Positions 47,982 to 59,351 of a DNA stretch of 64,000 bases are shown here, in pieces. Below the pieces are notes generated by a model that saw only the letters and a program-made list of their open reading frames with translations, had not been told where the DNA came from and did no database searches. This DNA comes from a virus. Every line of letters begins with the position of its first letter. Within the stretch, counting starts at the first letter, position 1. Made by a program: the position numbers and the translations under genes. The stretch lies in IMG/VR virus record IMGVR_UViG_3300049645_000091. The stretch is one strand, 5' to 3'.

Positions 47982-48459
47982 ATTTTAGGGCCAATACCTT
48001 TTTACGTTTATCGCTATGCAGAGGCTTAACTTCTAGGTAATCGCCCATAGAGGCAATCAGCATTGAAAATAGCTCTTTACTTAGGTGCATCTTTTGGCGG
48101 GCATCCTTCGCGAGCATCTTCCCCCCATTGGCCGCAATCAAAGCTCTCAGAATATCGGCCCGGTCCTTCTGTAGTGGCTGAATTTTGGGCGTTTCCAGCC
48201 TGCTTATTCGCTGGCGGTCTAAGGCGATATCTCGGGCCAAACGCTCCATATCTTCAGCCTGGCAGGAGTCCAGGACTCTTACCTGAGATTCTAGGGCTGC
48301 TATCCGATCATTTAATTTCTCAATCTGAATAAAAATGTTTCTATAATCTGATATGGATAGTGTTATTAGCTGCTGTTCTTGCTGCGATTCAAAGTTGTCT
48401 TTGGGCGATGATCCAAAGGTATTTATCCTAGCTATGGCTACATTCTCCATACTTATCAC
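47980..48459 (-). CDS. Coiled-coil + winged-helix-like DNA-binding protein
   Basis: Coiled coil followed by RADILRALIAANGGKMLAKDARQKMHLSKELFS (wHTH-like). Confidence 0.6.
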   Translation of the reverse strand: MISMENVAIARINTFGSSPKDNFESQQEQQLITLSISDYRNIFIQIEKLNDRIAALESQVRVLDSCQAEDMERLARDIALDRQRISRLETPKIQPLQKDRADILRALIAANGGKMLAKDARQKMHLSKELFSMLIASMGDYLEVKPLHSDKRKKVLALK

Positions 48460-48692
48460 TCACCTGCAACGGTGTTTAATCTGGCAGGCTGAACACTGCC
48501 AGAATCTTCTTTTTCTTTTCTATAAGTTGCCATTTTAATCACCAAGATTCAAAGCAATTACATTGATCCATCAAATCCCTCAGTTATCTATACCTACCAA
48601 TTATAGCATGCTTATATTCCAATTCTTTAAGACGTTTTTCAATATCACGAATACGCTTTTCAAGTTCTTCTTTAGACATTGGTACGTCGTTT

Positions 48693-48950
48693 TTAACGTT
48701 GGTTATTATATTCATTGATTTTCATCTCCTCGTAATCTTTACAATTGTCTGGGCAATCCCACTTATTAGGCCACGATCCATGCCATTTCAAACACCCAGG
48801 CTTATCAAAATGCGTTCGATCATTCTCATATAGGAACGCGATATATCTGCAATTATCACGGTTTGTCATGGGTATCCTCATCCAGCATCGCCCAGAGCAC
48901 AGCAATTTGTTCCTTGGTGTCATGGGCGCATCCGGCGTGGTTGCATTCAT
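48693..48950 (-). CDS. Cys-rich hypothetical protein
   Basis: ORF. Confidence 0.4.
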   Translation of the reverse strand: MNATTPDAPMTPRNKLLCSGRCWMRIPMTNRDNCRYIAFLYENDRTHFDKPGCLKWHGSWPNKWDCPDNCKDYEEMKINEYNNQR

Positions 48951-48954
48951 GAAT

Positions 48955-51054
48955 TTACATCCAGTTATCTAATCGATTTGGTACGGCGGCGATGCGTTTT
49001 TGCGCCATGCCTATATATGCCTCATTCAGCTCTATGCCGATATAGTGCCGTCCCAGCTTCTTCGCCACCAGGCCGGTAGTTCCGGCTCCGAAGAAGGGAT
49101 CTAGGACCACCCCTGGAAGCGGGCCAGGCCACGCACAATCGAGGATGCAGGAACATGAAGGACGCCAACCGATTGTTTGTGCACATGATGACCTCCTAGT
49201 GAATAGTTGAGCATGTTTTCCTTTACCACTTGCAATCGCATAAGGTTCATTTCTGATCTTCTTCACACTCGCACATTTCTCAATATGCCTGGTCCAAGGC
49301 GCACCACAGGCCGAGCAATAGCCTTTCTCGCTTGTGCCCGCCAGGATGCAAGGCTCGATCAGTGCCGGGGGGAAGGTGGCGAAATGGGCTTCGGCGAACG
49401 GTTTTGTGGCAACCGTCCAAACGGTGCGCTTATTGCGGCCTCCTTTATCTCCTAATGCAATTTTCCTATCGCTTAATGATTTGGAATGATCCGGCGTGTA
49501 CTTTTCAAAATACTTCTTAGTTTCGTCGCTATGCGGTTCTAATATTGCCTCTTTGTCATAATAATATCTCTGGCTTTTCGATAGCAGGAAGATATATTCA
49601 TGCGCCTTCGTGGGCCGATCTGTCACCGACTCCGGCATACAGTTGGGCTTACAGTTATGAGTTAGTACGCCCGACGCCAACGCGAACAGATGTGGCTCAT
49701 CTTCAACTTCAATATCCCAAAACTTTCGCCCTTTACTTTCACCGATTGCAACGATTTCGCCCATGTCCTTGTTGTTGTGGTGATTGGACTGAGTAAATCG
49801 GATTTCGCCCTTGAAAGAGGGATATTCCTTATCTCCGATCTTAGCAACGCCTGGTTTAATCGTAAGATGATATCCGAGCCGGGCGCACAAAGTCCTTAAA
49901 TCTGCCTCAAGATAATAATTTTTGGTAAATCCTAACCGCCATCGGTTGTTTGCCTTGTCATATCCACCATCGCCGGATAGATAGCCATCCAGAAGCGATT
50001 TTAAGAACGCATTGCTTCGTTGCCAGCACGCATTAGACAGATGCTTATCTTTCGCGGTCTTTCCGCATAGATAAGTATCGATGATCGCATTTAGGACTTT
50101 GCTGTATAGATTAATCGATTCCTTCATACCTCCGCCGTGGTGGGCTCGGACGTTTGCCCCATATCTCTGAGCAATCGCGGCCAATTTTATTCTTCTTTCT
50201 TCCTCTTTGACATGCCCGGCGATCTGGATACAGCCATTGCTTCGGCTGCCTTCTGCAAGATATAAACCTACAAACCAACCGATATCATCCGGTATCAAGT
50301 CCGGCGACATGGGGATGTCAGGCTCTGGTATCGCGGTGGTTAGGATCTTGTCGCCAATCATCAAATCGTCGGTTTTGACGTTGCCCCGTTGGGTAGGCCA
50401 CACGTGATCCGGCGTACATCCTATTCGCTCACCGCTTCGCAATGTTATCTCCAGGGGATCTTCGGGCAGTGGATTCTCTCTCCAGGATACCGCTTGCGTC
50501 CACTTCACACCATTCCACAGTTTGACGGTCTTGGGATCTAATCTAACCAGATCTTTAACCGACGTGGGCATATCGCCCTTCTGCGTTCTGGCATACACCT
50601 TTGCGCCGCCTGATAGACACCAGATGATATCTGATCGTAGCCACCACCCGTCAGCCCGGAGCGCAAATGCGACCATCCAGGGAATCCCGATCAGGTCTTT
50701 GGGCTTTCCTGGTTTCGGCATAATATACGAATTTGTAACTCCTGCATTTGAATTTGCTTTTTCAGATCCGCCTTTGTGACATCCAGACGATCCTGCATAA
50801 GAATCTCCGAGATTAAGCCAAAGCGTCCCTTCCTTCTTCAACACTCTTTTAACTTCCCGGAAGACCTCCACCAGCTTGCTTACGTAAGCCTCCGGGCTCT
50901 CCTCCAGGCCGATCTGCCCCTCTACTCCATAGTCACGAAGTCCAAAATAAGGAGGGGAGGTTATGCAGCAATCCACCGACTCAGAAGGCAGCTCTTTGAG
51001 CCTGGTGAGAGCATCCCCTTGTATGATGGTGTCTATTGGCGTGGTTCCGGTCAT
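48955..51054 (-). CDS. N4-C/N6-A DNA methyltransferase (beta class) containing an intein
   Basis: TSPPY catalytic motif, [21 protein letters not shown]-binding motif. Confidence 0.92.
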   Translation of the reverse strand: MTGTTPIDTIIQGDALTRLKELPSESVDCCITSPPYFGLRDYGVEGQIGLEESPEAYVSKLVEVFREVKRVLKKEGTLWLNLGDSYAGSSGCHKGGSEKANSNAGVTNSYIMPKPGKPKDLIGIPWMVAFALRADGWWLRSDIIWCLSGGAKVYARTQKGDMPTSVKDLVRLDPKTVKLWNGVKWTQAVSWRENPLPEDPLEITLRSGERIGCTPDHVWPTQRGNVKTDDLMIGDKILTTAIPEPDIPMSPDLIPDDIGWFVGLYLAEGSRSNGCIQIAGHVKEEERRIKLAAIAQRYGANVRAHHGGGMKESINLYSKVLNAIIDTYLCGKTAKDKHLSNACWQRSNAFLKSLLDGYLSGDGGYDKANNRWRLGFTKNYYLEADLRTLCARLGYHLTIKPGVAKIGDKEYPSFKGEIRFTQSNHHNNKDMGEIVAIGESKGRKFWDIEVEDEPHLFALASGVLTHNCKPNCMPESVTDRPTKAHEYIFLLSKSQRYYYDKEAILEPHSDETKKYFEKYTPDHSKSLSDRKIALGDKGGRNKRTVWTVATKPFAEAHFATFPPALIEPCILAGTSEKGYCSACGAPWTRHIEKCASVKKIRNEPYAIASGKGKHAQLFTRRSSCAQTIGWRPSCSCILDCAWPGPLPGVVLDPFFGAGTTGLVAKKLGRHYIGIELNEAYIGMAQKRIAAVPNRLDNWM
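49654..50619 (-). mobile_element. Intein with LAGLIDADG homing endonuclease (322 aa)
   Basis: IIW|CLSGG...TPDH...[19 protein letters not shown]-like motifs VGLYLAEG and LDGYLSGDG. Confidence 0.92.
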
Positions 51055-51339
51055 ATCCTAAGCTCCCCCTCTCCCACCGTGGGGCCTGCCGTGCTCGTAT
51101 TTCTTGGCGGGTCTATGGTCAGGGTCATGGTATGACCTCCGATTCAACGATTTTCCAGAAATTTGGGCATTCTATTTCCCGGTCTTGTGTGTGATATGCG
51201 CATTCTCGGCACAGATAGACACAAACGGCACCGATCCTCCTATCACATTTGTGTCGTGGCTTTGCCGCCCGCTGCTCTTCGGTCAGGGTCACATCTCCAA
51301 TTTGCATGAAATCTCACCCATATTATATAGCACATTTGA

Positions 51340-51924
51340 CTATTTAAAAGATTCGCTCAATTTTTCATATTCTTTTAATTCTTTTTTTAGTTCTTTTATT
51401 TTTGATTTATATTCCATTATTTTTTTATTTAACATTTTTATAGAGTCGCTTTCGATCCAATCAGGTTTTATTTTTTGCCCAGATATAAATTTATAATATT
51501 GTGAGTATATATATGGGGAGAGTTTGGAGTTCGGAAATCCTACCAATTTTACAATTTGGAGGTATTCACGGTCAACAAGTTGGCGCGGGTTATAATCGCG
51601 ACGCATTTTTATAATATTGTCTATATTTGTAGGAAATATAAAATTTCTAATATTATGAATGCTTTTATATTGTGGAAATAATACGAGTAATTGTTTATAA
51701 GAGAATCCCATAATCCACACAGACAATAACGCCTGTGTTTCATCCTCAAACTGCGCGAGTATTTCATCATTAACCATTAATAAAAATGGCCCGGTGGGAG
51801 GCTCTTGTTCCACAACCCCCCAAAATATCCCCTGCCTTGGTATCGGAATCATATACGATCTGCTATATAACCAATAGTTATAAGCAGCCAACTCATAGAA
51901 AATGACAAAACTGTACTTATCCAC
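51340..51924 (-). CDS. Hypothetical protein
   Basis: ORF. Confidence 0.45.
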   Translation of the reverse strand: MDKYSFVIFYELAAYNYWLYSRSYMIPIPRQGIFWGVVEQEPPTGPFLLMVNDEILAQFEDETQALLSVWIMGFSYKQLLVLFPQYKSIHNIRNFIFPTNIDNIIKMRRDYNPRQLVDREYLQIVKLVGFPNSKLSPYIYSQYYKFISGQKIKPDWIESDSIKMLNKKIMEYKSKIKELKKELKEYEKLSESFK

Positions 51925-52003
51925 GGATCTGAGATAAGTACGCTAGTTATATACATCATAGGTATTATTGTAAATATTAGCATACATAAAGACCACATTA
52001 TAG

Positions 52004-52291
52004 TTACCACAGCCCCCACGCTGCGATGCCCTCAAATCCACCTATATCTCTAATTATAACTTCTAGGTACTCCGAAGGAGTATCACATATAATCCGGGCA
52101 AATTTCTCCTTTTGCTCATCTGATAGAAATTCTACAAACTCTTCTATCATCTTTTTACTATTCATATACAAAGTGTCACGCTTTGCACATGCTTCTGAAC
52201 AATATTCACTTTGGAGATACCATTTGAGTTCATAAAAACCATTATCTCGCATGTACTCTTTTCCACAAATTTTACACTTCATAATCACCAC
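52004..52291 (-). CDS. Small zinc-finger (TRASH-like) protein
   Basis: CKICGK...YCSEAC. Confidence 0.5.
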   Translation of the reverse strand: MVIMKCKICGKEYMRDNGFYELKWYLQSEYCSEACAKRDTLYMNSKKMIEEFVEFLSDEQKEKFARIICDTPSEYLEVIIRDIGGFEGIAAWGLW

Positions 52292-52529
52292 ATCCTATAC
52301 AATTCCTCGCATACACCTTTCTTTTCAAACAAAATGCAAATCTTTTATTACTCTTTGCGCGCTTTTTCCATGTCAGATGTTGACATTTTTTGTTGATCTC
52401 CTGCCGAATTTGATAGGTTTTGTCGGTTAACCAGTCTTCAGTGTATTTCATGAAAAGGTAATAGGTTTTGAAAGCTTATTAATCTGTTGGTGGGCCTTCA
52501 ATGCGGGAGGTTGTTCTAGTTGCGCTTGT

Positions 52530-53894
52530 TTAGGCATTTAGACCTCCCGTGAGGGTTATACCCGTCCACGCACATATCTTCTTCTTTCCCCTCATCATTT
52601 CACCCTGCTTCATCGATTTAACATATTTAAATATTGATAGGTCGAACTTGTTCCGGTCGTCGGGCGTTGTGTTATAATTCTTACAATATTCTTTAAACAG
52701 CTCATACATCTCATCGCAGGCAACCCGCCCATCAGGGCACGGTTTAATGAAATCTGTCGCGAAGCTTTGGATGGGGTCAGATATCGCCCGGTAGGATTCT
52801 ATAATATCGTCCTCGGTACATTCGTTGGTGAAAGTGTGGCGTTCTAATAGCCCCGGCAGCAACTTGATGCATTTGTTGAATAGGCCAGAAAGTTGGGCAG
52901 GATTGTGGATTGCGTCTAAACGGGCCTGATCGTAGTCACACGCCTTAAACTCATTGATAAAAAGTATTAGCTCAACTCGACGATAAAACCCGTTGTTGGA
53001 ATTCTCAAACACCTTGGCGAGGGAGTTTGTAGCCCACACAAGCTTCGCAAAATTCACAAATTTAAACGGATCTTTATACTTCTTTTCTACCTGGATGTTG
53101 TCGTAATTGCTGGTGAGATTGTTGAAAGTGCTGACTTTTTCGATGACCCCGCCATCCAACTCCCCACACATATTGACCATCTTACCGTATAACTCTGCCA
53201 CCAAGAACTTTTTATTAGGGTTTCCTATATCGTTAAAAGATACAGAGGAGAAATTGTCATCCCCGATCATGTTGCCCAGCATGGAGAGGAATGTGCTTTT
53301 TCCTGTCCGGCGCGGCCCATACAAAATAAAGGCTTTCTGGATGTCGTACCTCCTATAATAACAATACGCTATTAATTCTAGTATTTTTATATAATCCTGC
53401 GGCTGAATAATATCTCTTATCATCTCGTCAAGGATTTCGCAGGTTGCATCGGGATCATAGGCAACTGGAATCTGTATTCGCGATAGGTAGGCGGGAGTGT
53501 GGGGGAAGAACTCGCCTGTGCGCCAATTATATAACCCATTCTTCATATTAATTATATCGATGTTAGCGTCAAATTCCTTCGTCTCAACATATGTTAGGTA
53601 TTTAAATTGGGACAGAATCTCATTCATCACCTTATTATTATACATTGGGCGGCCCTTCCAATCGCGCAGTTCCCGCAAATTGTGAACAACTATACTTGAT
53701 AGATACTTTTCTGCCCCCTTAATATATATACCGTTTACATATTGTAACATTTCGTCGGTTTCTAGCACCGTCACAATATGCAAATGTTTTCGGATTTCAT
53801 CTACTACGGCGGTGACATCTATGGATTCATAGAACCCGGTTTTTGGGTTGCATTGAATGCAAGCGTGGGCGTTGATCTTAAACATATCCGACAT
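52530..53894 (-). CDS. D5/P4-type SF3 helicase (primase-associated)
   Basis: INMKNG D5_N motif, GPRRTGKS Walker A, WATN, FYRR. Confidence 0.9.
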   Translation of the reverse strand: MSDMFKINAHACIQCNPKTGFYESIDVTAVVDEIRKHLHIVTVLETDEMLQYVNGIYIKGAEKYLSSIVVHNLRELRDWKGRPMYNNKVMNEILSQFKYLTYVETKEFDANIDIINMKNGLYNWRTGEFFPHTPAYLSRIQIPVAYDPDATCEILDEMIRDIIQPQDYIKILELIAYCYYRRYDIQKAFILYGPRRTGKSTFLSMLGNMIGDDNFSSVSFNDIGNPNKKFLVAELYGKMVNMCGELDGGVIEKVSTFNNLTSNYDNIQVEKKYKDPFKFVNFAKLVWATNSLAKVFENSNNGFYRRVELILFINEFKACDYDQARLDAIHNPAQLSGLFNKCIKLLPGLLERHTFTNECTEDDIIESYRAISDPIQSFATDFIKPCPDGRVACDEMYELFKEYCKNYNTTPDDRNKFDLSIFKYVKSMKQGEMMRGKKKICAWTGITLTGGLNA

Positions 53895-54059
53895 TCTTAT
53901 CCATCCATCTTACTACCCCAGAAGTTATGAAACTGTGCTCCCACATGATATTGTTATGCTGGGCGAGTGATTCGTTGTATGCATCGGGCGAGCTATTTAA
54001 TATCATGTGAAAGAAATATACGGTAAGATCCATACCGTATAAATCTATCAATTCTTGGC

Positions 54060-55940
54060 TCATTGTAGTTCTCCAAATACTCGTCGGGGAAATTCAAATT
54101 CGCGCCGGGTAGAGTTCCAACTATCTACATGTGTGAAATACCCAACAATTCGAGTATAATGGTCGGTTATTGGTGCCCCACAAATCGCGCAGATATTAGA
54201 GTTTCCACAGACGGTAGTATGACCATTTTCGCATTTTCCAAATCCGTAGTTAACTGCGAAGTGACTAACACCGTTTTTGACTGAATACTCAATTAGGTGC
54301 TTCATGTCAGCGGGATCTTTGATTTGGTCCTGCATATTGATGTGGAGAATGCCGCCCCCGCTGAGAATATCTTGGAATTGCCCGGTGAGCTGGATTCTCT
54401 CGGGAATTAATGCATTCTCAATCAACGGTATATATTGATTGGAATACAACTTGAATCCGAACTCATTTTCGCCGAACATAATATTATCTTTTTGACAGAA
54501 TTTAATTGCCACAGATTCGCCTGGTATCTCCTCCACATTAAACGAGCATTTATTTTCTTTACTATATGATACAGCTAGTTCTTCGATCCTCTTTAAAACG
54601 TCCGTTGTAAACTCTATTCCATTTCGGCTTGTTATATCAATCCCCATGAATTTATTCATCTCGTATACTCCAATTATGCCAATGGTGGAGAATAGATGGT
54701 CTAGAGAGAACCATTTGAGGGGGTTGAAGAATTTTAGAAATCCCTGGTCAATTCTGCGCCTCAATATTTCATATCGATGGACTAATAGGAGATCTCTAGC
54801 AATATCACATTTTTGGTGTAGTATATTTTCGAAATGGTCTATGTCTGTACAACGTTCTGCAATTCTTGGTAGGTTTATGGTTACTACCCTGTGCGATCCG
54901 ATTGAAAGACCTCCATTACCAAAGGTATCTGCCCGATATTGCATACGTTCTACATCATTTACAAGTCTGCAACATGATGCTATTTTTGATCCGATATTCA
55001 CATAAATGTTAAAACACCCAGTATTAAGGTTTACTTTTGATGCCCAATCTAGGAAATCTTGATCAGTGATTTCGCCGTTTTCATTCCTTGATATATTTAA
55101 TGTAACTATGGGGAATCTATATGGGAGGCCAGTATCAGGATCGCCTTTACTAAACCAATCTCCAAACATCTTTTCCAATTTTATAACACATTCGATGTCT
55201 ACTTTGGAGCCATCGGGATATGTATAGTGTTCAAATACCTTTTCTAGATTTGGCCGATCAAATAGACTGATATTAGTAAAGGGTGATTGTGAAGATACTC
55301 TAAACTTATTATTCACGATGTGCACAAATTTTTGAAAATCGTTAATTATTGAAAAATCTGATAGATTTTCTTTTTGCGCATACCATGCATAATTTACCAA
55401 TATGTCGGAAGGTGCTATTGCCCCAGCAAACTCTTGGGACAGATCCATAGTGATTTCAGCGCATTGTGCCAAAAAACTATCTGCTCTTTTTGGAGGCAAA
55501 CTATGGAGTTGTCCATACGGGCGACCTTCATGCATTATCATGTTGGTAGAAAATGCGTAGCAGTAGGCCATTTGGATGCCTGGCCCGCTGGCATCATGAA
55601 AATACACATCGCCCTTCCAAATAGCCTCTATAAGCTCATTGGCGCGCTCTAGATCGAACCTTTTTCGGGCGTAGTGCCAAAGTAGATAATATCCTTCCAG
55701 CTTCATCATACCTTTTGTGATTTCGGCTGTATAATTGTTGGGGCATCGATCTTCGTTGGCATTAGCATTGGTATCTATAGAGATTTCAGTTATATCTTCG
55801 GTAAAATATCTTTTGGACATCACACCTAGATCTAATTGGGACCGATCAATTCCCTCACACTTCATTAGTTCTGGGTATTTTTTGCAATAATTATTATATA
55901 ATTTGTCAAATTCTGGGTCAAACGTTTGATGTATCCTCAT
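54060..55940 (-). CDS. nrdD: Anaerobic (class III) ribonucleotide reductase
   Basis: YFHD, YCYA, SCCRL, VTINLPR, EEIPGES, glycyl-radical motif YTRIVGY. Confidence 0.95.
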   Translation of the reverse strand: MRIHQTFDPEFDKLYNNYCKKYPELMKCEGIDRSQLDLGVMSKRYFTEDITEISIDTNANANEDRCPNNYTAEITKGMMKLEGYYLLWHYARKRFDLERANELIEAIWKGDVYFHDASGPGIQMAYCYAFSTNMIMHEGRPYGQLHSLPPKRADSFLAQCAEITMDLSQEFAGAIAPSDILVNYAWYAQKENLSDFSIINDFQKFVHIVNNKFRVSSQSPFTNISLFDRPNLEKVFEHYTYPDGSKVDIECVIKLEKMFGDWFSKGDPDTGLPYRFPIVTLNISRNENGEITDQDFLDWASKVNLNTGCFNIYVNIGSKIASCCRLVNDVERMQYRADTFGNGGLSIGSHRVVTINLPRIAERCTDIDHFENILHQKCDIARDLLLVHRYEILRRRIDQGFLKFFNPLKWFSLDHLFSTIGIIGVYEMNKFMGIDITSRNGIEFTTDVLKRIEELAVSYSKENKCSFNVEEIPGESVAIKFCQKDNIMFGENEFGFKLYSNQYIPLIENALIPERIQLTGQFQDILSGGGILHINMQDQIKDPADMKHLIEYSVKNGVSHFAVNYGFGKCENGHTTVCGNSNICAICGAPITDHYTRIVGYFTHVDSWNSTRREFEFPRRVFGELQ

Positions 55941-56407
55941 TGTTTCACTCCCTCGATATAGATGTTTTGGTTGGATGATGCTGGAAATCCACCCGTTTTC
56001 ATGTGGGCCATATATGGCCCATCTATCACCATATACATGAGTTGCTTTAGCTCTGTACTTAATGTGTTATATAGTTTGCCGGTGAAGAGTACACATGGTA
56101 GAGATGTCCGGGCAGCAATATCTAATACTGCGGCTTCTTGCTCGGTTGGCTCCCCACCCAAAAATACCACCGAACTGTAATAATCAAACCGCTCTAATAG
56201 GCGTATTACTGTGTCGGTGCTGGCTTCGTAGCCGCCATTATGGGATTGGAGGTCGGGGTTTTGACAACCGTCACAATGGATAGAGCAGCCCTGAAAAAAT
56301 ATGCCGAGGCCCGCCCCGATTCCCCCATCCAAAACATCATGAATACCCGCACATCTAAATTTCATCGTTGGTTTCCTCTTCATCATCCCCACAAAGCAAA
56401 TCATCAA
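55937..56407 (-). CDS. nrdG: Class III RNR activase (radical SAM)
   Basis: FQGCSIHCDGCQN, GGEP, DGPY, SSNQ. Confidence 0.92.
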   Translation of the reverse strand: MMICFVGMMKRKPTMKFRCAGIHDVLDGGIGAGLGIFFQGCSIHCDGCQNPDLQSHNGGYEASTDTVIRLLERFDYYSSVVFLGGEPTEQEAAVLDIAARTSLPCVLFTGKLYNTLSTELKQLMYMVIDGPYMAHMKTGGFPASSNQNIYIEGVKQ

Positions 56408-56723
56408 TTTCTGCTAAGTAGGCATTAATATCCTCGAAATTCTCAATCCCAAACTTAACAACTACGCAAGTATCATCATATCGATGGCCCCGTTTTAACA
56501 ACATGTAATTAAGGTGAGAGCGTAGCCTACTTATTGATGACCAAACTTTGCCATTATGCATCGTTGTGAAAGTTGGTACACTGCCCCGCCTAGCAAATAG
56601 TCCGGTCTGTGTATCCAATATCATGTACACCTTTTTATCCATCAATTCGCCAGTAACCAGACTGGGTATTACATATTTTCTTGACATTTTCACCACCTGT
56701 CTAGAGGTAGTCCAGTCGCCCAC
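56355..56723 (-). CDS. Hypothetical protein
   Basis: ORF in the replication operon. Confidence 0.45.
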   Translation of the reverse strand: MGDWTTSRQVVKMSRKYVIPSLVTGELMDKKVYMILDTQTGLFARRGSVPTFTTMHNGKVWSSISRLRSHLNYMLLKRGHRYDDTCVVVKFGIENFEDINAYLAEIDDLLCGDDEEETNDEI

Positions 56724-57319
56724 TCATCAATGTGTAAGAAGGCATCGACCGGACTTTCATACTTTTTTTTAATTTTTTCAAACCGCTTGCGACCAATATT
56801 AGGGAGCAACATAATAAATTGTTCCCAACTTGTTGCTTTGAGAGCAGGCGATCCCCCCGGATCATCATGAAGCACCAACAGCAGATGAAGGGTTTCTTCT
56901 AAGTCGTTGGTGTTGAGATATCTGCACCCATCTTGCTGTCGGTGAAGTTGGTATCTTTTATATACCGAATATGGAAGGCCAAATCGCCCCGCATAAGTAT
57001 GGACCTTTGTATCGCTTGAGCGTTTGTATGAACCCTCTATGAGGAGGATCGCCTCATCTGCAACAGTGCGCATCCTCATAAGCTTACTAGCCAGGCTACC
57101 ATTCCCAGATGCCTTATATACGCTATTACAGAAGTCCGCTACCGTCTTTCGCTCCACCAATAACGTTGATCCATCCTTCCGCTCAATAAGATAGTCGCCC
57201 AGGTTCAATTTTTGGAGGGCGAACTGCTCAGCATGTTTTAACAGATCTTTATTGCGTCCTATTATGTTCATGATATCGTCGGTGGGTTCCCTAGTATCAA
57301 TACGTATCATGGCTACCAC
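56690..57319 (-). CDS. ERCC4/XPF-type nuclease
   Basis: IDTRE, LGDY, VERKT, LLIEG and HhH-like LPNIG. Confidence 0.88.
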   Translation of the reverse strand: MVAMIRIDTREPTDDIMNIIGRNKDLLKHAEQFALQKLNLGDYLIERKDGSTLLVERKTVADFCNSVYKASGNGSLASKLMRMRTVADEAILLIEGSYKRSSDTKVHTYAGRFGLPYSVYKRYQLHRQQDGCRYLNTNDLEETLHLLLVLHDDPGGSPALKATSWEQFIMLLPNIGRKRFEKIKKKYESPVDAFLHIDEWATGLPLDRW

Positions 57320-58095
57320 TGCGCTTTGTCAAATTGCAGTTGCTCCAACATTTCTATGGGCGATACCTTTAGAGGATCTTTATACTTAATCTCCTTTGGA
57401 ACATTTTTATTACATACCCACACATCTTTGATGGATCGGACCGTATGAAGAGGTCGTAGATTACCCGTTTCTTCATCTTCTATATAATCCATATAGATTG
57501 AAGCGTTCGCGATGTGCTCTAGATTGGGCGGATAAAATGCGGGCGTTGTGACTCCGAGGTTATTACCCTCCCCATCATATTTGTCTTTTACCTGGCACAC
57601 CATAATAATATTAAAGTTCATTTCGAGGGTGCCAAGTACCATTCGTGTTATAGAAGTTGCCATACTATAATCGTTTTTGTTGGGCATCTTGTGACCATTT
57701 TCTGATGAGCACCACATTGCACACAGACTTCTAAATCCTTCGCTGTCGTCCAGGATTATCCAGGGGATATGATTGTCGATGGTTTTTATGGAGTCCCTGA
57801 TCATCTCTGAGTTGTCCACTATGGCCTGAAAATCAGCCCATTTATTGATAAACCTGTATTGGTATTTGTTGAGGCCCACATGTCGGCAGGGAGTCAATGC
57901 GTGACCTTTAAGAGCATCATAGTACTTCGCCGCCGATGTAAAATTTGATACCTGTATAGGCTTTCCAAAATCTACAAACATACCACCAAATGTTTTCACA
58001 AATAATGCACCCATGTGCGATTTACCGCTATTGGGCGCGCCCGAGAACGCCAATTTAATGCGCTCCACCCCCAGATCAAATTCATCGTCTACCAT
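57313..58095 (-). CDS. AAA/P-loop ATPase (Sak4/AAA_24-like)
   Basis: GAPNSGKS Walker A, IILDD Walker B. Confidence 0.75.
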   Translation of the reverse strand: MVDDEFDLGVERIKLAFSGAPNSGKSHMGALFVKTFGGMFVDFGKPIQVSNFTSAAKYYDALKGHALTPCRHVGLNKYQYRFINKWADFQAIVDNSEMIRDSIKTIDNHIPWIILDDSEGFRSLCAMWCSSENGHKMPNKNDYSMATSITRMVLGTLEMNFNIIMVCQVKDKYDGEGNNLGVTTPAFYPPNLEHIANASIYMDYIEDEETGNLRPLHTVRSIKDVWVCNKNVPKEIKYKDPLKVSPIEMLEQLQFDKAQW

Positions 58096-58177
58096 TTATA
58101 TCACCATTTATATACTAAATTCTTTATAATATTGTTTGATAAAAAAACTGGCGAAGGTAGATTCACCTTCGCCGATC

Positions 58178-59008
58178 CTATCCCACGGTGAGTTTTCCAC
58201 CATCAATAACGATTTTTCCGCTATCTTTTAGCGCCCTATATACATCTGAGTAGGACGCGCCAAACTTGTCTGTGCCCCTCGAAAGAGCAGCCAAAGGATT
58301 AATTGGCCCACCACTCTCGTTGACAAGCCCCCTCAGAAACTCAAGAACCTCTTCCTCGGTTACTGTAGTTGTAGATCCTGCATCCTTAGTCTTGAGCACC
58401 ATACCATCCTTGTAAGGTCTAATGCTGTCCGGGTCATAAGATACCCACTTCCCATCGCGAAGCTCATCCTTGGTCCTGATAACATACTTAGAACCCTCCG
58501 GGAACAGATTGCCAAGCTTAAGCATACCAGTCATATCACTAATATCCTGGCCTGTCGCATTCTTCACAAACGTCTTAAACTTATTGTTGGCCCGGAATCC
58601 ATCATACAACTGGAACACGAAATCGAACTGACCAGTAGTCGTGCCCGTCTCATCAAACTGGAACACAAACCTAATCTGATCAACGGCCTTTGGCTTCATT
58701 ACAGGGCTACCATCCTTATTTAGAACGGGTTTACCCTGGCTCATCATTGGCTCAATGGGCGTGTTCTCAAACACAGCCCTCTCATCATTAGATAGATCTG
58801 AGACAGTCCTCATCTTCTTGTTAACTGCATCCCACCTCAGCTCCTTGGGATACTGGATAACGGCCTTCATAGGCACTATATCCATAATAGTTGCAACATA
58901 ATCTGTACCAGGCTCCATTCGGGAGCCACCCATATTTACCGTAGCGTTAAACATCTTATTACTCACCTGGGGATTTTCCCCGTAAATATGATATCGCCTT
59001 ATGAGCAT
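58178..59008 (-). CDS. Hypothetical protein, possibly ssDNA-binding
   Basis: Next to the recombination ATPase; start probably MFNAT at 58954. Confidence 0.4.
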   Translation of the reverse strand: MLIRRYHIYGENPQVSNKMFNATVNMGGSRMEPGTDYVATIMDIVPMKAVIQYPKELRWDAVNKKMRTVSDLSNDERAVFENTPIEPMMSQGKPVLNKDGSPVMKPKAVDQIRFVFQFDETGTTTGQFDFVFQLYDGFRANNKFKTFVKNATGQDISDMTGMLKLGNLFPEGSKYVIRTKDELRDGKWVSYDPDSIRPYKDGMVLKTKDAGSTTTVTEEEVLEFLRGLVNESGGPINPLAALSRGTDKFGASYSDVYRALKDSGKIVIDGGKLTVG

Positions 59009-59039
59009 AAATAGGTTACGCTAAAGTATTTTTATATTT

Positions 59040-59351
59040 TTAAATTTTATTTCTAAACCTCTCATCAACATTTTTTAAATACTCCCCATCAATCTCGACA
59101 GTTTCCTCAAGTTGCTTAGTTTCTTCTACAATATGATGGATAGCTTTCTGGTATTCATCCTCGGTTATTACTTTCTTTGCTCTTAGTATGAGGAGGAGTG
59201 CTTCATGCTCCATGTACATCTTGCTGAGCCTGAATGATAAACTCGCGATCTCAGAAGATTCGCTTGTATCAGTCATAAATTCCGGGTCGCCCTGTATTTC
59301 GTCAAGTAAATCCATCAGCTCACCACCTGTATAGGAAATAAGTCGCCCCAT
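59040..59351 (-). CDS. Hypothetical protein
   Basis: ORF. Confidence 0.45.
   Translation of the reverse strand: MGRLISYTGGELMDLLDEIQGDPEFMTDTSESSEIASLSFRLSKMYMEHEALLLILRAKKVITEDEYQKAIHHIVEETKQLEETVEIDGEYLKNVDERFRNKI

Noticed and set aside
48150..48186. Lethal self-targeting protospacer
   Set aside because: 9 of 37 positions mismatch, including the presumed seed; more consistent with a homologous gene in another element.
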